Source: Dehalococcoidia bacterium
GTDB taxonomy: Bacteria; Chloroflexota; Dehalococcoidia; Plut-88900
Reading direction: 5' to 3'
Assembly (NCBI GenBank): GCA_965197585.1
Contig: OZ240215.1
Location: 256,001 to 320,000 of the forward strand
Length of the DNA: 64,000 nt
Of the stretch, positions 1 to 10,463 are shown in pieces. The translations under genes were made by a program, and so were the position numbers. Numbering within the stretch: position 1 is the first letter of the stretch; each line of letters starts with the position of its first letter. Below the pieces are notes generated by a model that made no database searches, was not told the origin of the DNA, and saw only the letters and a program-made list of their open reading frames with translations.

Positions 1-949
1 CCTACGTCATAGACCCCGAGGGGGAGTACGCCGACATGGCCAGGGCCGCAGGGGGCAGGGTGCTGTCGCCGGGCGTACCGGGCCAGGGCATGAACCCCTT
101 CGTAATGGACCGGAGGGACTCGGAGGAGCTGCTCCGGCGCATCGGCAGCCTGAGGAGGCTGATAGAGGTGATGGTGGGTGAGAAGCTCGGTGCGGAGCGT
201 CGCGCTGACCTGGACCACGCCCTGGCCGGCTACTACGCCGAGCCCCGGGAGCGCACCGGGTTCCGTGACTTCTACGGCTATCTGCAGAGCGGGGAGAACG
301 ATGAGGCCGACCTCGACTCGGGGCAGGCCTTGGCCAGGCTGCTGCGGCCCTTCGCCACGGGCAGCCTCCGCCACATACTCTCCGACGAGGGCGACGACCT
401 GCTGCACAACGAGGCCCTGGTCACGGTGTTCGACCTGAGGCTCCTTGAGCCCGAGCTCCGGCCCGCCGCCGCCATGGTCTGCACCGAGACGGTGTGGGCC
501 GCTGCCGCACAGGACCCCAAGCCGAGACTGCTGGTGGTGGACGAGGTGTGGAGCGTCATGCAGCACCCCGAGGGAGCGGCGTTCATGGTCTCCATGGCCA
601 AGAGGGCCCGCAAGCACCGGCTGGGACTCCAGTTCATAACCCAAGACGTCCAGGACCTGCTCAGCGAGGACACCTCCCGCACCATCACCGGTCACTCGGG
701 CAGGGCGCTGCTGCAGAACGCCGCCTTCAAGCTGCTGCTCCAGCAGGACGCCGCGGCCATATCCACGGTGGGTGAGGCCTTCGACCTGCCCCAGGACCTT
801 CAGAAATGGCTTCTGTCCTGTCCCAGGGTGACGGGCTCCTGCTGGCCAGGGGCAACCGGTTCCCGGTGCGCATAGAGGCAACGGCGGAGGAGGCGGAGAT
901 CATCGAGTGGAGGCCAGGACGCCACCAGAGAAAGGACCATCATCTATGA
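1..949 (+). pseudogene. VirB4-like conjugative ATPase, C-terminal part, with a 1-nt frameshift at the G run 826-828
   Basis: YVIDPEGEY, LLVVDEVW (Walker B) and RARKH..ITQ motifs. Adding one G gives CPRGDGLLLARGNRFPVRIEAT..., ending in TGA 947-949 that overlaps the next ATG (ATGA). Confidence 0.8.
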
Positions 950-3444
950 GACTGAAACCGAAGAAAATCCCGTTTGAGAACGCCAAAGACGAGAAAGGCC
1001 CCATCCTGCTGGCGGTGACGCCGCCTCGCACTGGTGAGCGCACCCTGCTGGGTGTTGAGAACCTGCTCCAGTCCATCGCCGTTCCCGAGCCCTTCTCGCT
1101 GGAACTGGCGGGGGACATGGACGGCGTGACGCTTATGGCCCGCTGCTTCGATGACCAGGTGGTGCGCGGTCAACTGTCCGCCCACTATCCCCAGGCCCGC
1201 ATCCGGAATGTGCACACCGGCGACGACCCGCTGCACCTCAACGAGGGGGAGCAGGCGTGGTCGATCACGCTGCGGGCCAACGGCCCCGAATACCTCCCGC
1301 TGCGCACCTTCCGCGACGACGACCTGCTCGACCCCGGCTCCGATCCCCTGATAGCCCTGATGGGCGCTCTCTCCGAGTTGGAGCACGGGGAGCGCGTAGT
1401 GGCGCGTCTATTGCTGCGGTCCCTCGGACCCGACTGGTCGCAGGCCCACATGGACAAGGCCCAAAATAAGCCCGGCTACGGGCCGAGGGAGTCCTCCCAG
1501 ACCTATCAGGGCGGAACGTTGCAGATCGACGGCGTGACGATGGCCTTCCTGAGCATCGGCGCGCTAGCCGCCCTCAAGGGTTACATGTGGGTGCAGGACG
1601 GCGAGATATGGAAGACCGCGCTCCTGGGCGTCGGCACGGTCCTGGGGATGGCCGCAGGTGGCTGGGCGTGGCAGCGGTGGAAGAAAGCACGAAGCGGCGC
1701 CGATGACCCGACCCTGGTAAGGGAGAAGGTCTCCCGAATCGCCTTCGAGGCGGAACTGCAGATCGTCGCCGTGCTGCCCGAGGACACCCGGGCCCAGCGG
1801 GCGAAAGAGCTCCTTGGGCCGGTGGCCGCCGCCTACCGCCACTTCGACAACCCCGCAGGAGCGCGGTTCAAGGTCGGCAAGGTCAGGCCCTCGATACCCG
1901 ACACGGCGACACTGCATCCGGCGGGCCCCGGCCTGCTCGGCAGGCGCAGCGTCCTGGGCGTCCGCGAAGTGGCTTGCCTGTGGCACCCGCCCGGGGCAGG
2001 GGACGAGACGCCCCTGGTGGAGCGATCCGGCGCCAGGGCGCTCCTGCCATCGGCCAAGGGCGTCAGGGGCGGCGCTCTAGTTGGGGACACCACGGCCGGC
2101 AAGCCCAGGCCCATCCGCTTCCCCGACGACCTGCTGAGGCGTCACCACCTCTACGTGGCGAGAACGCGCATGGGCAAGTCCACTCTCATGCACCACATCG
2201 TCGTCCATAAGATGCGGGAGAAGGCCGAGGGCAGGGACGGCGACGCCATAGTTGTCGTAGATCCCCACGCCGACCTGGTGGCGGGGCTGATGGAGCACGT
2301 CCCGGAGTCTCTCATTGACCGCGTGCGACTCATCGACCTTGCCGACTACACGAGGGTGCCGGGCATCAATCTGCTGGACACCCGCATCTTCTCCGACCGC
2401 GACCGCACCGCCGACTCGGTGGTGCGGGTTGCGAGAGGCCTGTGGGAGCAGTGGGGGCCGAGGATGCAGTCCATCCTCGAGCAGACCGTCAAGACCCTGC
2501 ACGAGGCCAACGAGCACCCCTCAACCGACGTGGGCAGCCAGCACACCGTCCTCGACGGGCTGAAGCTCCTGTCCGATAGGAAGTTCCGGTCCGAGGTCCT
2601 CAAGAAGGTCGAGGATCCGTACCTGCTTGAGTGGTGGGCCAGGGACTTTGGAAGCTGGCACCACCAGTACCGTGCCGAGGCCCTTGCCCCGGTCCAGACC
2701 AGGCTCTCCTACTACGCAACCTCCAAGCGGGCGCGAGCCATCCTCGGGCAGCGCCGCTCAACCATCGACATGCGGGAGACTATCCTGAACGGCGGTGTCC
2801 TGCTGGTGTCCACCGCTCAGGGTGTGGTGGGCAAGGATGTGGCGGCCCTGGTGGGCGCGTCCCTTCTCAATCTGGTCGATTCGGTCATCCGCGAACAAGG
2901 AGGCATAGCCATCAGGGAGCGGCGGGGAGCGCTGGTGGTCGTCGACGAGATGCAGTCGATGCCCGGCGTGGACTACGAGTCGATGCTCAGCGAGCTGGGC
3001 AAGTTCGGGGCTTCCTTCATCCTGGCCACCCAGAGCCTGGCCAAGCTGGACGACCTTTCCCGCACCATGCAGGACACCCTTCTGGCCAACGTCGGCTGTC
3101 TGGCCGTCTTCCAGGTGGCAGGCAACGACGCACGCCAGCTGGTGTGGGAGCTGGACAAGGACCGCGTGTCCGAGGGCGACATCGTGTCCTTGCCGGTGCA
3201 CCACTGCTACGTGCGCGCCACCGTCGGCAAGGAGCGGATGCCCGCCTTCTCGATGATGGTCAGAAAGCCGGAGCCGGGAGAGCCCGGCGTCGCACTCCGT
3301 ATCCGCGAGGCGGTGGCCGCCTACACCCTGTCTGCCCAGGACATCCATTTCACCGAAGCCCCCGCCCAGAAGAAGGTGCGGGACTTCAGGGACCGGGCCG
3401 AGGACCTGGAGAGCAACGAGGCGGAGCAGGAGGTGGAACAGTGA
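946..3444 (+). CDS. VirD4/TraD-like type IV coupling protein
   Basis: Two TM segments, Walker A variant ARTRMGKS, VVDPHAD, VVVDEMQ Walker B, LATQSL; ATG 946 coupled to the virB4 stop. Confidence 0.85.
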   Translation: MRLKPKKIPFENAKDEKGPILLAVTPPRTGERTLLGVENLLQSIAVPEPFSLELAGDMDGVTLMARCFDDQVVRGQLSAHYPQARIRNVHTGDDPLHLNEGEQAWSITLRANGPEYLPLRTFRDDDLLDPGSDPLIALMGALSELEHGERVVARLLLRSLGPDWSQAHMDKAQNKPGYGPRESSQTYQGGTLQIDGVTMAFLSIGALAALKGYMWVQDGEIWKTALLGVGTVLGMAAGGWAWQRWKKARSGADDPTLVREKVSRIAFEAELQIVAVLPEDTRAQRAKELLGPVAAAYRHFDNPAGARFKVGKVRPSIPDTATLHPAGPGLLGRRSVLGVREVACLWHPPGAGDETPLVERSGARALLPSAKGVRGGALVGDTTAGKPRPIRFPDDLLRRHHLYVARTRMGKSTLMHHIVVHKMREKAEGRDGDAIVVVDPHADLVAGLMEHVPESLIDRVRLIDLADYTRVPGINLLDTRIFSDRDRTADSVVRVARGLWEQWGPRMQSILEQTVKTLHEANEHPSTDVGSQHTVLDGLKLLSDRKFRSEVLKKVEDPYLLEWWARDFGSWHHQYRAEALAPVQTRLSYYATSKRARAILGQRRSTIDMRETILNGGVLLVSTAQGVVGKDVAALVGASLLNLVDSVIREQGGIAIRERRGALVVVDEMQSMPGVDYESMLSELGKFGASFILATQSLAKLDDLSRTMQDTLLANVGCLAVFQVAGNDARQLVWELDKDRVSEGDIVSLPVHHCYVRATVGKERMPAFSMMVRKPEPGEPGVALRIREAVAAYTLSAQDIHFTEAPAQKKVRDFRDRAEDLESNEAEQEVEQ

Positions 3445-5090
3445 GAACCGAAGGATGTGAGGCCGACCTGCTCCGCGCCCTAGCGTCGATGCCCTTCCTG
3501 GACCGGACGGAGATGGTTGCCGTCTCCGGCTGGTCTAGGGGGGCGGTCTACGAAGCCGTGGAAAAGCTGGATAGGGGCGGCTTCTGCGACGCCGTGACTC
3601 ACACCGCCGACTTCTCTTCCCCGACCGAGAGGTACTACCTCACGGCAGAGGGGTTGAAGCGGCTCGCCGGGGAAGAGGACATGTCTCTCGATGAAATCCT
3701 GCGCTCCCGCCCTGTCTCTGCGCAGTGGCGGCGCAGCCTGATGGAGCGTCTCGACGCCCTGGCAACCGTTTACCTTCTGGCCGGCGCCCTCGCCGCAGTC
3801 GCATATCCCATACGGTTCCGCTGGTACCGGTCCTCGTCCCTCGACGCTGCGGTCGCCCTTCCGGATGGGCGCACCGTCGGAATCGTCCGGCGAGGAAACA
3901 CGTCCGACAGGTCGGCATTCTCCAATCGCATGTGGAGGCTGCGCGGTACTGCACTTCCAGGAGCCGTGCTGATCCTCATGCCCGACCCCGTGCGGCTGAG
4001 ACACTCCCGCAGGATGCTGGAGGGCTTCCCCGTGCCAGCCTTCCTCGCCGTGGAGAGCGAGGTGGTGGCGGCGCCGGACGGACCGGTGTGGAGCCCCCAC
4101 GCCGTGCGGGCCGACATCGACCTGCGCTCGGCCCTGGAAGGGATAGATAAGATGGGGCCCCTTCCGGAAGAGGCAGCGGTGGAGCGGGCATCGCTACCCT
4201 CTGACTTCAACGTCCAGGGGCGGGGATGGGACATATCCGACTACATGCTGCCAGTCATACTAAAGGCCACCGAGAAGCGGGCCGTCGAGCTGGTGGCCGA
4301 CTGGCCCTGGATCGCTCTCTCGGAACTCGCCGGGCTGATGGGTGTCTCCCATCAGAGGGCCTCCCAGCTTGTTATCCCCCTGGAATTCTACAAGCTTGTG
4401 GTCCGCCCACGCGATGCGGGCGGACGCCTGGCCCCTACCGACCGGGGACTGGCCCTCCTAGCCCGCAGAGACCGCACCTCCGTCGGCCTGGCCAAGAGGC
4501 GGTGGAGCGCCGCCCCTCTGTTCACCGCCGACAGTTATGAGTGGACAGGCGTCACCGGCAGAAGGACACGCCAACTGCTCTGGAACATCGAACACACTGC
4601 CGCCGTCCACGACTTCCTTGCCCACCTCACAGCCCAGGCGGCTTTGTTAGGCTGGCAGGCCTCCCAGCTCGACCCACCCAAGAGGGCCTCCCGCTACTTC
4701 AAGCACGGCGACGGGATCCGCTCGGTACATCCGGATGCCTTCGGCATCCTCAGAAAAGGAGAGACAACCTGGTCTTTCTTCCTGGAGTGGGAGAGGCGAG
4801 CCGTGCGCCCGACAACCATGTCGGAGCGGCTCGCCCCCTATCTGCGCTACTACTCATCTCACAGGCCCACCGACGACCACGGCACTCGGCCCGACGTCCT
4901 GGTTGTCTTCGACGACGAGATCGCAGCGACCCACTTCCTGCGCGTGGCAAGGGAGGAGATGCAGGCGAAAGGTACGACCGTACCCCTTTGGGTCTCCCAC
5001 AGGGTCGCCACAGAGGAGCTGGGGCCGCTGGGATGCGCCTGGCGTGCCCCCGGTGACTGGGACTCACCCAGGGCCATGCCGCCGCAGTGA
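3441..5090 (+). CDS. Replication-relaxation (Replic_Relax) family relaxase, apparently two tandem domains
   Basis: GTG overlaps the VirD4 stop. C-half has HTAAVHDF, HPDAFG, FFLEWER (PD-(D/E)xK-like); N-half has a similar wHTH plus YYLTAEG. Confidence 0.7.
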   Translation: MRTEGCEADLLRALASMPFLDRTEMVAVSGWSRGAVYEAVEKLDRGGFCDAVTHTADFSSPTERYYLTAEGLKRLAGEEDMSLDEILRSRPVSAQWRRSLMERLDALATVYLLAGALAAVAYPIRFRWYRSSSLDAAVALPDGRTVGIVRRGNTSDRSAFSNRMWRLRGTALPGAVLILMPDPVRLRHSRRMLEGFPVPAFLAVESEVVAAPDGPVWSPHAVRADIDLRSALEGIDKMGPLPEEAAVERASLPSDFNVQGRGWDISDYMLPVILKATEKRAVELVADWPWIALSELAGLMGVSHQRASQLVIPLEFYKLVVRPRDAGGRLAPTDRGLALLARRDRTSVGLAKRRWSAAPLFTADSYEWTGVTGRRTRQLLWNIEHTAAVHDFLAHLTAQAALLGWQASQLDPPKRASRYFKHGDGIRSVHPDAFGILRKGETTWSFFLEWERRAVRPTTMSERLAPYLRYYSSHRPTDDHGTRPDVLVVFDDEIAATHFLRVAREEMQAKGTTVPLWVSHRVATEELGPLGCAWRAPGDWDSPRAMPPQ

Positions 5091-5158
5091 CCAATTAGTG
5101 ACGGAGGAGAATGTCGTATAGTCCTGCGCCCTCGTTCTGCGAGGGCGAGGGAATAGCC

Positions 5159-5440
5159 ATGCGTTCGCGAAACACCGACAAGCGAAAAAGTCCCCGGAAG
5201 CGTGGAGGACGGACTGTTGTCCGGCTCGATACGGCGGCCCTCTGGAGGCGGCTCACCCTGTTGAACCGTTCCCAGAACTGGCTCGCCAGGGAGGTCGGGG
5301 TCAGCCCCGGATACATGTCGATGCTGGTCAATGGGGGGCGCTCACCCTCCGGGCGCATCCGCCGCCGGATGCAAATGGCTCTCGGCGTGAACGACTTCAA
5401 CCAACTGTTTACTTTGGAGGTGACGGATGAACAGCTCTAA
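5159..5440 (+). CDS. XRE-family HTH regulator
   Basis: SQNWLAREVGVSPGYMSMLVNGGRSPS. Confidence 0.85.
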   Translation: MRSRNTDKRKSPRKRGGRTVVRLDTAALWRRLTLLNRSQNWLAREVGVSPGYMSMLVNGGRSPSGRIRRRMQMALGVNDFNQLFTLEVTDEQL

Positions 5441-5759
5441 CACAAAATTATGCTTCGATGGCCACACGCACCGAAGCGCCGCTGATGGCAGCGACCTGTC
5501 CTACCTGGGCGGCGTTCTGCCTCAGGACTTCCCGGAGCGCCTCGAAGGACTAAAGGAGGCCAGCGGCCTCTCCTGGGGTGCGATGGCCAGGTCCATCGGA
5601 GTGGACCGCAAGCAGCTGATGAGGTGGCGCAAGAAGGGCACTGAACCGTGCGGAGGGGCGATGCACGCCATCTTCCGCTTCGCAATCCGGATGCCCGACG
5701 GCCTGGCCATCCTCATGAGCGAGAGATTCGAGAAAACCCTCTTTAGGGAGGGACGCTAG
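5427..5759 (+). CDS. XRE-like HTH regulator
   Basis: FPERLEGLKEASGLSWGAMARSIGVDRKQLMRW; SD GGAGG. Confidence 0.75.
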   Translation: MNSSNTKLCFDGHTHRSAADGSDLSYLGGVLPQDFPERLEGLKEASGLSWGAMARSIGVDRKQLMRWRKKGTEPCGGAMHAIFRFAIRMPDGLAILMSERFEKTLFREGR

Positions 5760-5944
5760 ATGCACGGCCCTGCCGGGCGCATGGCGCAACGGCGGCACGG
5801 CGGGGCCGGTTAGAGACGGCTACCGGGCATTCACCCCATCCGTCGGTGCCCGGGGCCAAGCACAGACTTTTGACCTGGGCCAAAGGCCTGACGAGTTACT
5901 AAAAGACCAATACTTTGCTACCACGAATCGGAGGACATGAAGAA

Positions 5945-6178
5945 ATGATGACAATACATGACAGACTGCTGAGGCGTCGACAGGTTGAGGAAATCACGGG
6001 CATGAGCCGCTCGTCGATCTATCGGCTGATGCAGGACGGTGAATTCCCCCGGCCCGTAAGGATCGGCCCTGCCGCCGTCAGGTGGAGGTCGAGCGATATC
6101 ACGGCATGGTTGGAGTCACGGCCGGTTACCAGGAGTGAATTTGACCCGCCGAATTCGGCCTGGAAGCGGCCTTCATAA
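5945..6178 (+). CDS. AlpA-family excisionase/regulator
   Basis: LLRRRQVEEITGMSRSSIYRLMQDGEFPRPVRIG. Confidence 0.9.
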   Translation: MMTIHDRLLRRRQVEEITGMSRSSIYRLMQDGEFPRPVRIGPAAVRWRSSDITAWLESRPVTRSEFDPPNSAWKRPS

Positions 6179-6220
6179 CCGAATACCCAGTTTGGCAGAG
6201 ATGCTCCGGTGTTCTTGAGA

Positions 6221-7369
6221 TCAGCCGGCGAGGTAGTCCGCCCACATTTGCATCAGCGCTCGACGGCGTTCGAACAGATCTGACCTCGCGTAGGCCTGCT
6301 CGGTCGAGTTACCCAGGCTGTGGGCAAGAGCTGCCTCGGATACGACCCAGGGGGTGTCCGTTTGCTCCAGCGTCCAGTTCTTGAAGCTGCTGCGGAACCC
6401 GTGTACGGTGGCATGCTCCGCCAGGCCGACGGAACGGAGGATCTTGGTCAGCGTCATGTCGGACATCGGAGCTCCCTGTTTCAGCGGTGAAGGGAACACC
6501 ACACCTGAGTCCTCCCGCAGAGCAGATGCTTCTCCGAGAGCTTCGAGGGCTTGGTCACTAAGAGGCACCCGGTGTTCCACTCCCGCTTTCATCCGATCAG
6601 CGGGAATCCGCCACACCAGGTCCCCGGGGTCGATCTCGTCCCAGGTAGCGCCCCTGGCTTCACCGGAGCGCGCCGCCGTGAGAACCAGGAATCGGAAGCA
6701 CAACTTGGCGGACATTGAGGCCTGGGATGCCGCAACCGTCTCAAGTGCTGACCCGACTTCCTGATAGGGCAACGCCCTGAAGTGTGCCTTCACCTTTGGC
6801 ATAGGAGGCAAGGCGCCGTCGATGGCTTCGCCCGCCGGATTGGAATCAATGAAGCCGTGCGCCATAGCCCACCTGAAGACGGTCCTCATCCGTTGACGGA
6901 CCCGACGGGCCGTCTCCGGCCGGGTCGTCCATATCGGGGTGAGGACCTGCAGCACATCTCCGCGGCCTATCCGATCCAAGGATGTGTTGTTCAACGACGG
7001 CATAGCGTGACGTTCCAAAGTCTGAATCCAGCCTGCAGCGTGCCTGGGATTGTGCCAGCGGGGTTTGTTAGCCTCATGGACGGTATATGCGGCTTCCCTG
7101 AAGGTCGGCATCGCGGGCGCGTGCTTTTCGGCCACGGGGTCCCGTCCCTCTTTGAAAGCTGTTCGATATTCCGCTGCCTTTTCCCGGGCTCGAGCCAGGC
7201 TCACGGACGGGTATCCTCCCAGGCCAATATCTCGTCGTCGGCCGTCAACGGTGATGCGCAGCACCCACGATTTTCGCCCCGCTTTACTGATGAAGAGGTG
7301 GAGCCCACCACCATCGGAGTACCGCCCCGGTGCGTTCAGTGCCTTGACCCGTGTTGCCGAAAGTGTCAA
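6221..7369 (-). CDS. P4-type tyrosine integrase
   Basis: N-terminal DGGGL arm-binding domain; catalytic ARSGE, HGFR, LAH, Y. Confidence 0.95.
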   Translation of the reverse strand: MTLSATRVKALNAPGRYSDGGGLHLFISKAGRKSWVLRITVDGRRRDIGLGGYPSVSLARAREKAAEYRTAFKEGRDPVAEKHAPAMPTFREAAYTVHEANKPRWHNPRHAAGWIQTLERHAMPSLNNTSLDRIGRGDVLQVLTPIWTTRPETARRVRQRMRTVFRWAMAHGFIDSNPAGEAIDGALPPMPKVKAHFRALPYQEVGSALETVAASQASMSAKLCFRFLVLTAARSGEARGATWDEIDPGDLVWRIPADRMKAGVEHRVPLSDQALEALGEASALREDSGVVFPSPLKQGAPMSDMTLTKILRSVGLAEHATVHGFRSSFKNWTLEQTDTPWVVSEAALAHSLGNSTEQAYARSDLFERRRALMQMWADYLAG

Positions 7370-7390
7370 ATATGCCTCCGTTTCTCATTA

Positions 7391-7414
7391 AATGTTCCCA
7401 CAAATATTACCACA
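7391..7414. promoter_or_regulatory. 12-bp tandem direct repeat, probable integrase arm-type sites
   Basis: AATGTTCCCACA / AATATTACCACA between integrase start and tRNA. Confidence 0.45.
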
Positions 7415-7528
7415 CTTGAGGCGAGACACCAAAGGAAAAATGCGGTGTTACTGGGTACCTGAAAGGTGCATATTAGCTACGATACAGGTGGGATATGGGT
7501 AAACTGGGGTCAAGCATATAAGTGATAT

Positions 7529-7618
7529 TGGCGGAGGGAGTGGGATTCGAACCCACGGTACGCTGACGCGCACGCCGGTTTTCAAGACCGGTGCCTTAAA
7601 CCACTCGACCATCCCTCC
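7529..7618 (-). tRNA. tRNA-Ser (anticodon TGA)
   Basis: GGAGGGA acceptor, anticodon arm CCGGT-CTTGAAA-ACCGG, long variable arm, GGTTCGAATCC, encoded CCA; 90 nt. Confidence 0.97.
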
Positions 7619-7663
7619 GGCAACGCATGGACTATATGATACGCCGTTTTGGATGGGTCAGGG

Positions 7664-9019
7664 CTATCGGACCCATTCTTGAAAGTAGTTCTCGAACTTC
7701 TCTTCAAGCGAGTAACGATTCTCGTCGAGCCATTTCTCGTCGAGGAAGACGGCAGTTTGTAGAGCTTGAGGCGAGTTAGGGAGAGCGGAGAACTTATTTG
7801 GCGGAATGGTTTGTTGGACGATGGGGATGGCGAGCCGGTTCAGAGGACCGAAGGCAGTGAACTCGGCAATGCGGGCGTTAATGTGCGGATACCCAGTCTA
7901 GGCGATGAACAGCTCAGCGAGCTCCTTGTCGTAGATGCCCTGAGGTATAGTGAAAACACTTGTCTGGATTATATGGCCGCACTCGTAACAATAGTGAATA
8001 GACTCTCCGACGACTTCCTGTTGGGCGTTCCAAATCCGGTGGTTCCACGTTGCACAGATATCTAGTTCGCCACTAATGAGCATCTTGGGACACTCATCGA
8101 CGGTATTCTGCCAAATATCGATGTCAGTGGAGATTTCTTCTAGCTTGGCGAAGGATTGGTCTATCTGTTCTTCGCCTAGGCTTGCGTAGGCCTGGCGAGA
8201 CTCAGGAGTGGCTAGGATATCGGGGTTGAGAGCGAACTGGGCGAAGAAAAGAGCCTCATCTCCACCGGAGCGCAAGTCAAGGCTTCGGTTTCCGGGGAAT
8301 CGGTCGATGTTCCAGAAGTCGGCCCAAGAAGAGGGCTTTTGGCCGTCCCAGAGGTCGTCGATAGCGCCGAGGTTGTAAGCGAGTCCGGTGGAATAGACAA
8401 TGCCGCCCCCGCCGCTCCAAGAGTTCCTGGCAACTTCCGGGAAGCCTAATATGTATCCGTTGTGGATGGCAGGGTTGAGTTCTTCTATGTCCCCTTTGTT
8501 ACCATGCTGGTGAATATATTCTCCTCCAGGCTCCGTAAAGTGGTAGGGTGTGGGGGTAGGTCTAGGCGTGATTCCGGCCCGCGGAATGTATTCGTTGATA
8601 GTTATTCGAAACTTCTCCTGGAAGGGGAGGAAGTAGGCTTGACGTTGAGCGCGGCCGTAGGAACCGCCCCACGCCAAATAGGTTAGGCTCTCCCCTCGAT
8701 ATTTCCCCAAAGCCAGCTCTATCTCCTCAAAGGTAGCAGGGTTCTTCGCCGTCCATTGGGGAATGTCCCGTGGTACAGGAGTGGGAGTAGGTGTGGGAAT
8801 GGGAACGGGTGTGGGGAGCGGGTCAGTTGCAGTGGGAACGGGTGTGGGGAATGGGACAGTTGGAGTGGGGGCAACGGTGTTTGTGGAAGGTAGCGGAGTT
8901 GGATTGGGTTCCTCTGTGCAGGACACGGCTATAAATAGCGCAGCGACCACGATGAGTCCTGCCATGATCCAGCGCCCGGCACGGTGCGGCCTGGGCCAAT
9001 TCATGCTTGGAATATGCAA
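7664..9019 (-). pseudogene. PotD-like ABC substrate-binding lipoprotein with an internal TAG at 7898-7900
   Basis: Lipobox IAVSC, PT linker, WGGSY motif. The frame continues 77 more sense codons after the TAG and aligns with paralog 40109-41542. Confidence 0.8.
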
Positions 9020-9121
9020 CCTTCCCTCTCAGCTAGGTTAACGAAAAAGTCGAGCATTGGATATGTCAGGGAAGAAGGAAGATGCCGTTGGGACGGCGGA
9101 ATGACGAAGGATGGGAAGGGG

Positions 9122-10390
9122 TTAGGGAATAGGGATAATGTCGAACCCAGTGTAAGACTGCAACACCTCTGGTATACGCACCGACCCGTCAGCCTGCTGG
9201 TAAGTCTCGAGCACCGAGATCAACACTCTCGGCAGCCCCAGCCCCGAGCCGTTGAGTGTGTGCACGTACCGGGGCCGTGCCCCCTCCTTCGGTCGGTAGC
9301 GGATATTGGCTCTGCGGGCCTGGAAATCGAGACAGTTGCTGCATGAACTGACCTCCAGCCACTCTTCGCAGCCCGGCGCCCACACCTCCACGTCATAAGA
9401 CTTGGCGGAGTGGAACCCGAGGTCGCCTGTGCAGAGTTCAAGGACGCGGTGGGAGAGACCAAGTGCCTGGGCGACACCCTCGGCGTGGGAGAGCATGGAC
9501 TGGAGTGCCTCTTCGGAGTCCTCAGGTGCGACGTACTTGTACATCTCCACCTTGTCGAACTGATGGCCTCGCTTGATGCCTCTAGTATCCCTGCCCGCCG
9601 ACATCTTCTCCCGGCGGAAGCAGGGCGTGTAGGCAACGTAGTTGATGGGTAGATCGGTAGCGTCGAGAATTTCGTCCCTGTGCATGTTGGTCAGCGGCAC
9701 CTCAGCAGTGGGGACTAACCAAAGGTCGTCCTGCTCGTCGTGGTAGACGTTATCGGCGAACTTTGGCAGCTGAGCGCTCCCGACCAGCGCCTCCCGTTTG
9801 ACCACGAAGGGCGGGTAGATCTCCGTGTACCCGTTCTGGGACTGGTGAAAGTCCACCATCCAGGAAATGAGCGCCCTTTGGAGCCGAGCCCCGCGCCCCT
9901 TGAGGACATAAAATCGGGAGCCTGATATCTTCACTCCCCTCTCAAAGTCCAGGATGCCCAGGTTCTCGCCGATCTCCCAGTGCGGCCGAGGTTGAAAGTT
10001 GAAAGTCGGTGCCGTTCCCACGGTCTTTATGAGCACGTTGCCGCTCTCGTCGACGCCCGAAGGCACATCCTGTAGGGGTATGTTCGGTATTTGGAGCAGT
10101 AGCAGATCTAGCTCTTCATCCAGCTCCTTGAGGTCGGTTTCGAGCGTCTTTATCTCCGACCCGACCTGACGCATCTCCCCTATCACCTCAGGCGGCTTTT
10201 CCTTCATCTTGGACAGCTCTTTGCTTACCTGGTTGCGGCGTGCCCGAAGGGCCTCCGACGAGGAGAGAATCACTCGACGTCTTTCGTCGAGTTCGATGAT
10301 TCGGTCAAGGGGCGCATGGTCCTCGTCCCGGCGGTCCAGGGCCTCCCGGACGACGTTCGGGTTTTCGCGTATTAGGTTGATGGACAACAT
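9122..10390 (-). CDS. serS: Seryl-tRNA synthetase
   Basis: LVPTAEVPL, FRRE, HQFDKVE, EVSSCSNC, HTLNGSGL. Confidence 0.98.
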   Translation of the reverse strand: MLSINLIRENPNVVREALDRRDEDHAPLDRIIELDERRRVILSSSEALRARRNQVSKELSKMKEKPPEVIGEMRQVGSEIKTLETDLKELDEELDLLLLQIPNIPLQDVPSGVDESGNVLIKTVGTAPTFNFQPRPHWEIGENLGILDFERGVKISGSRFYVLKGRGARLQRALISWMVDFHQSQNGYTEIYPPFVVKREALVGSAQLPKFADNVYHDEQDDLWLVPTAEVPLTNMHRDEILDATDLPINYVAYTPCFRREKMSAGRDTRGIKRGHQFDKVEMYKYVAPEDSEEALQSMLSHAEGVAQALGLSHRVLELCTGDLGFHSAKSYDVEVWAPGCEEWLEVSSCSNCLDFQARRANIRYRPKEGARPRYVHTLNGSGLGLPRVLISVLETYQQADGSVRIPEVLQSYTGFDIIPIP

Positions 10391-10463
10391 GAATGGAACT
10401 CTCGGCTCTGGATGTTTCGGAACAGTATAAGACAGTGAGAACGAGGGTGGAGCTTGGGGAGGA

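Larger units (their letters stand above)
1..7528. mobile_element. Integrative conjugative element 1, right end (continues left of window), inserted at tRNA-Ser 3' end
   Basis: VirB4/VirD4/relaxase/HTH/AlpA/tyrosine integrase cluster abutting the CCA end of tRNA-Ser; high GC. Confidence 0.88.
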
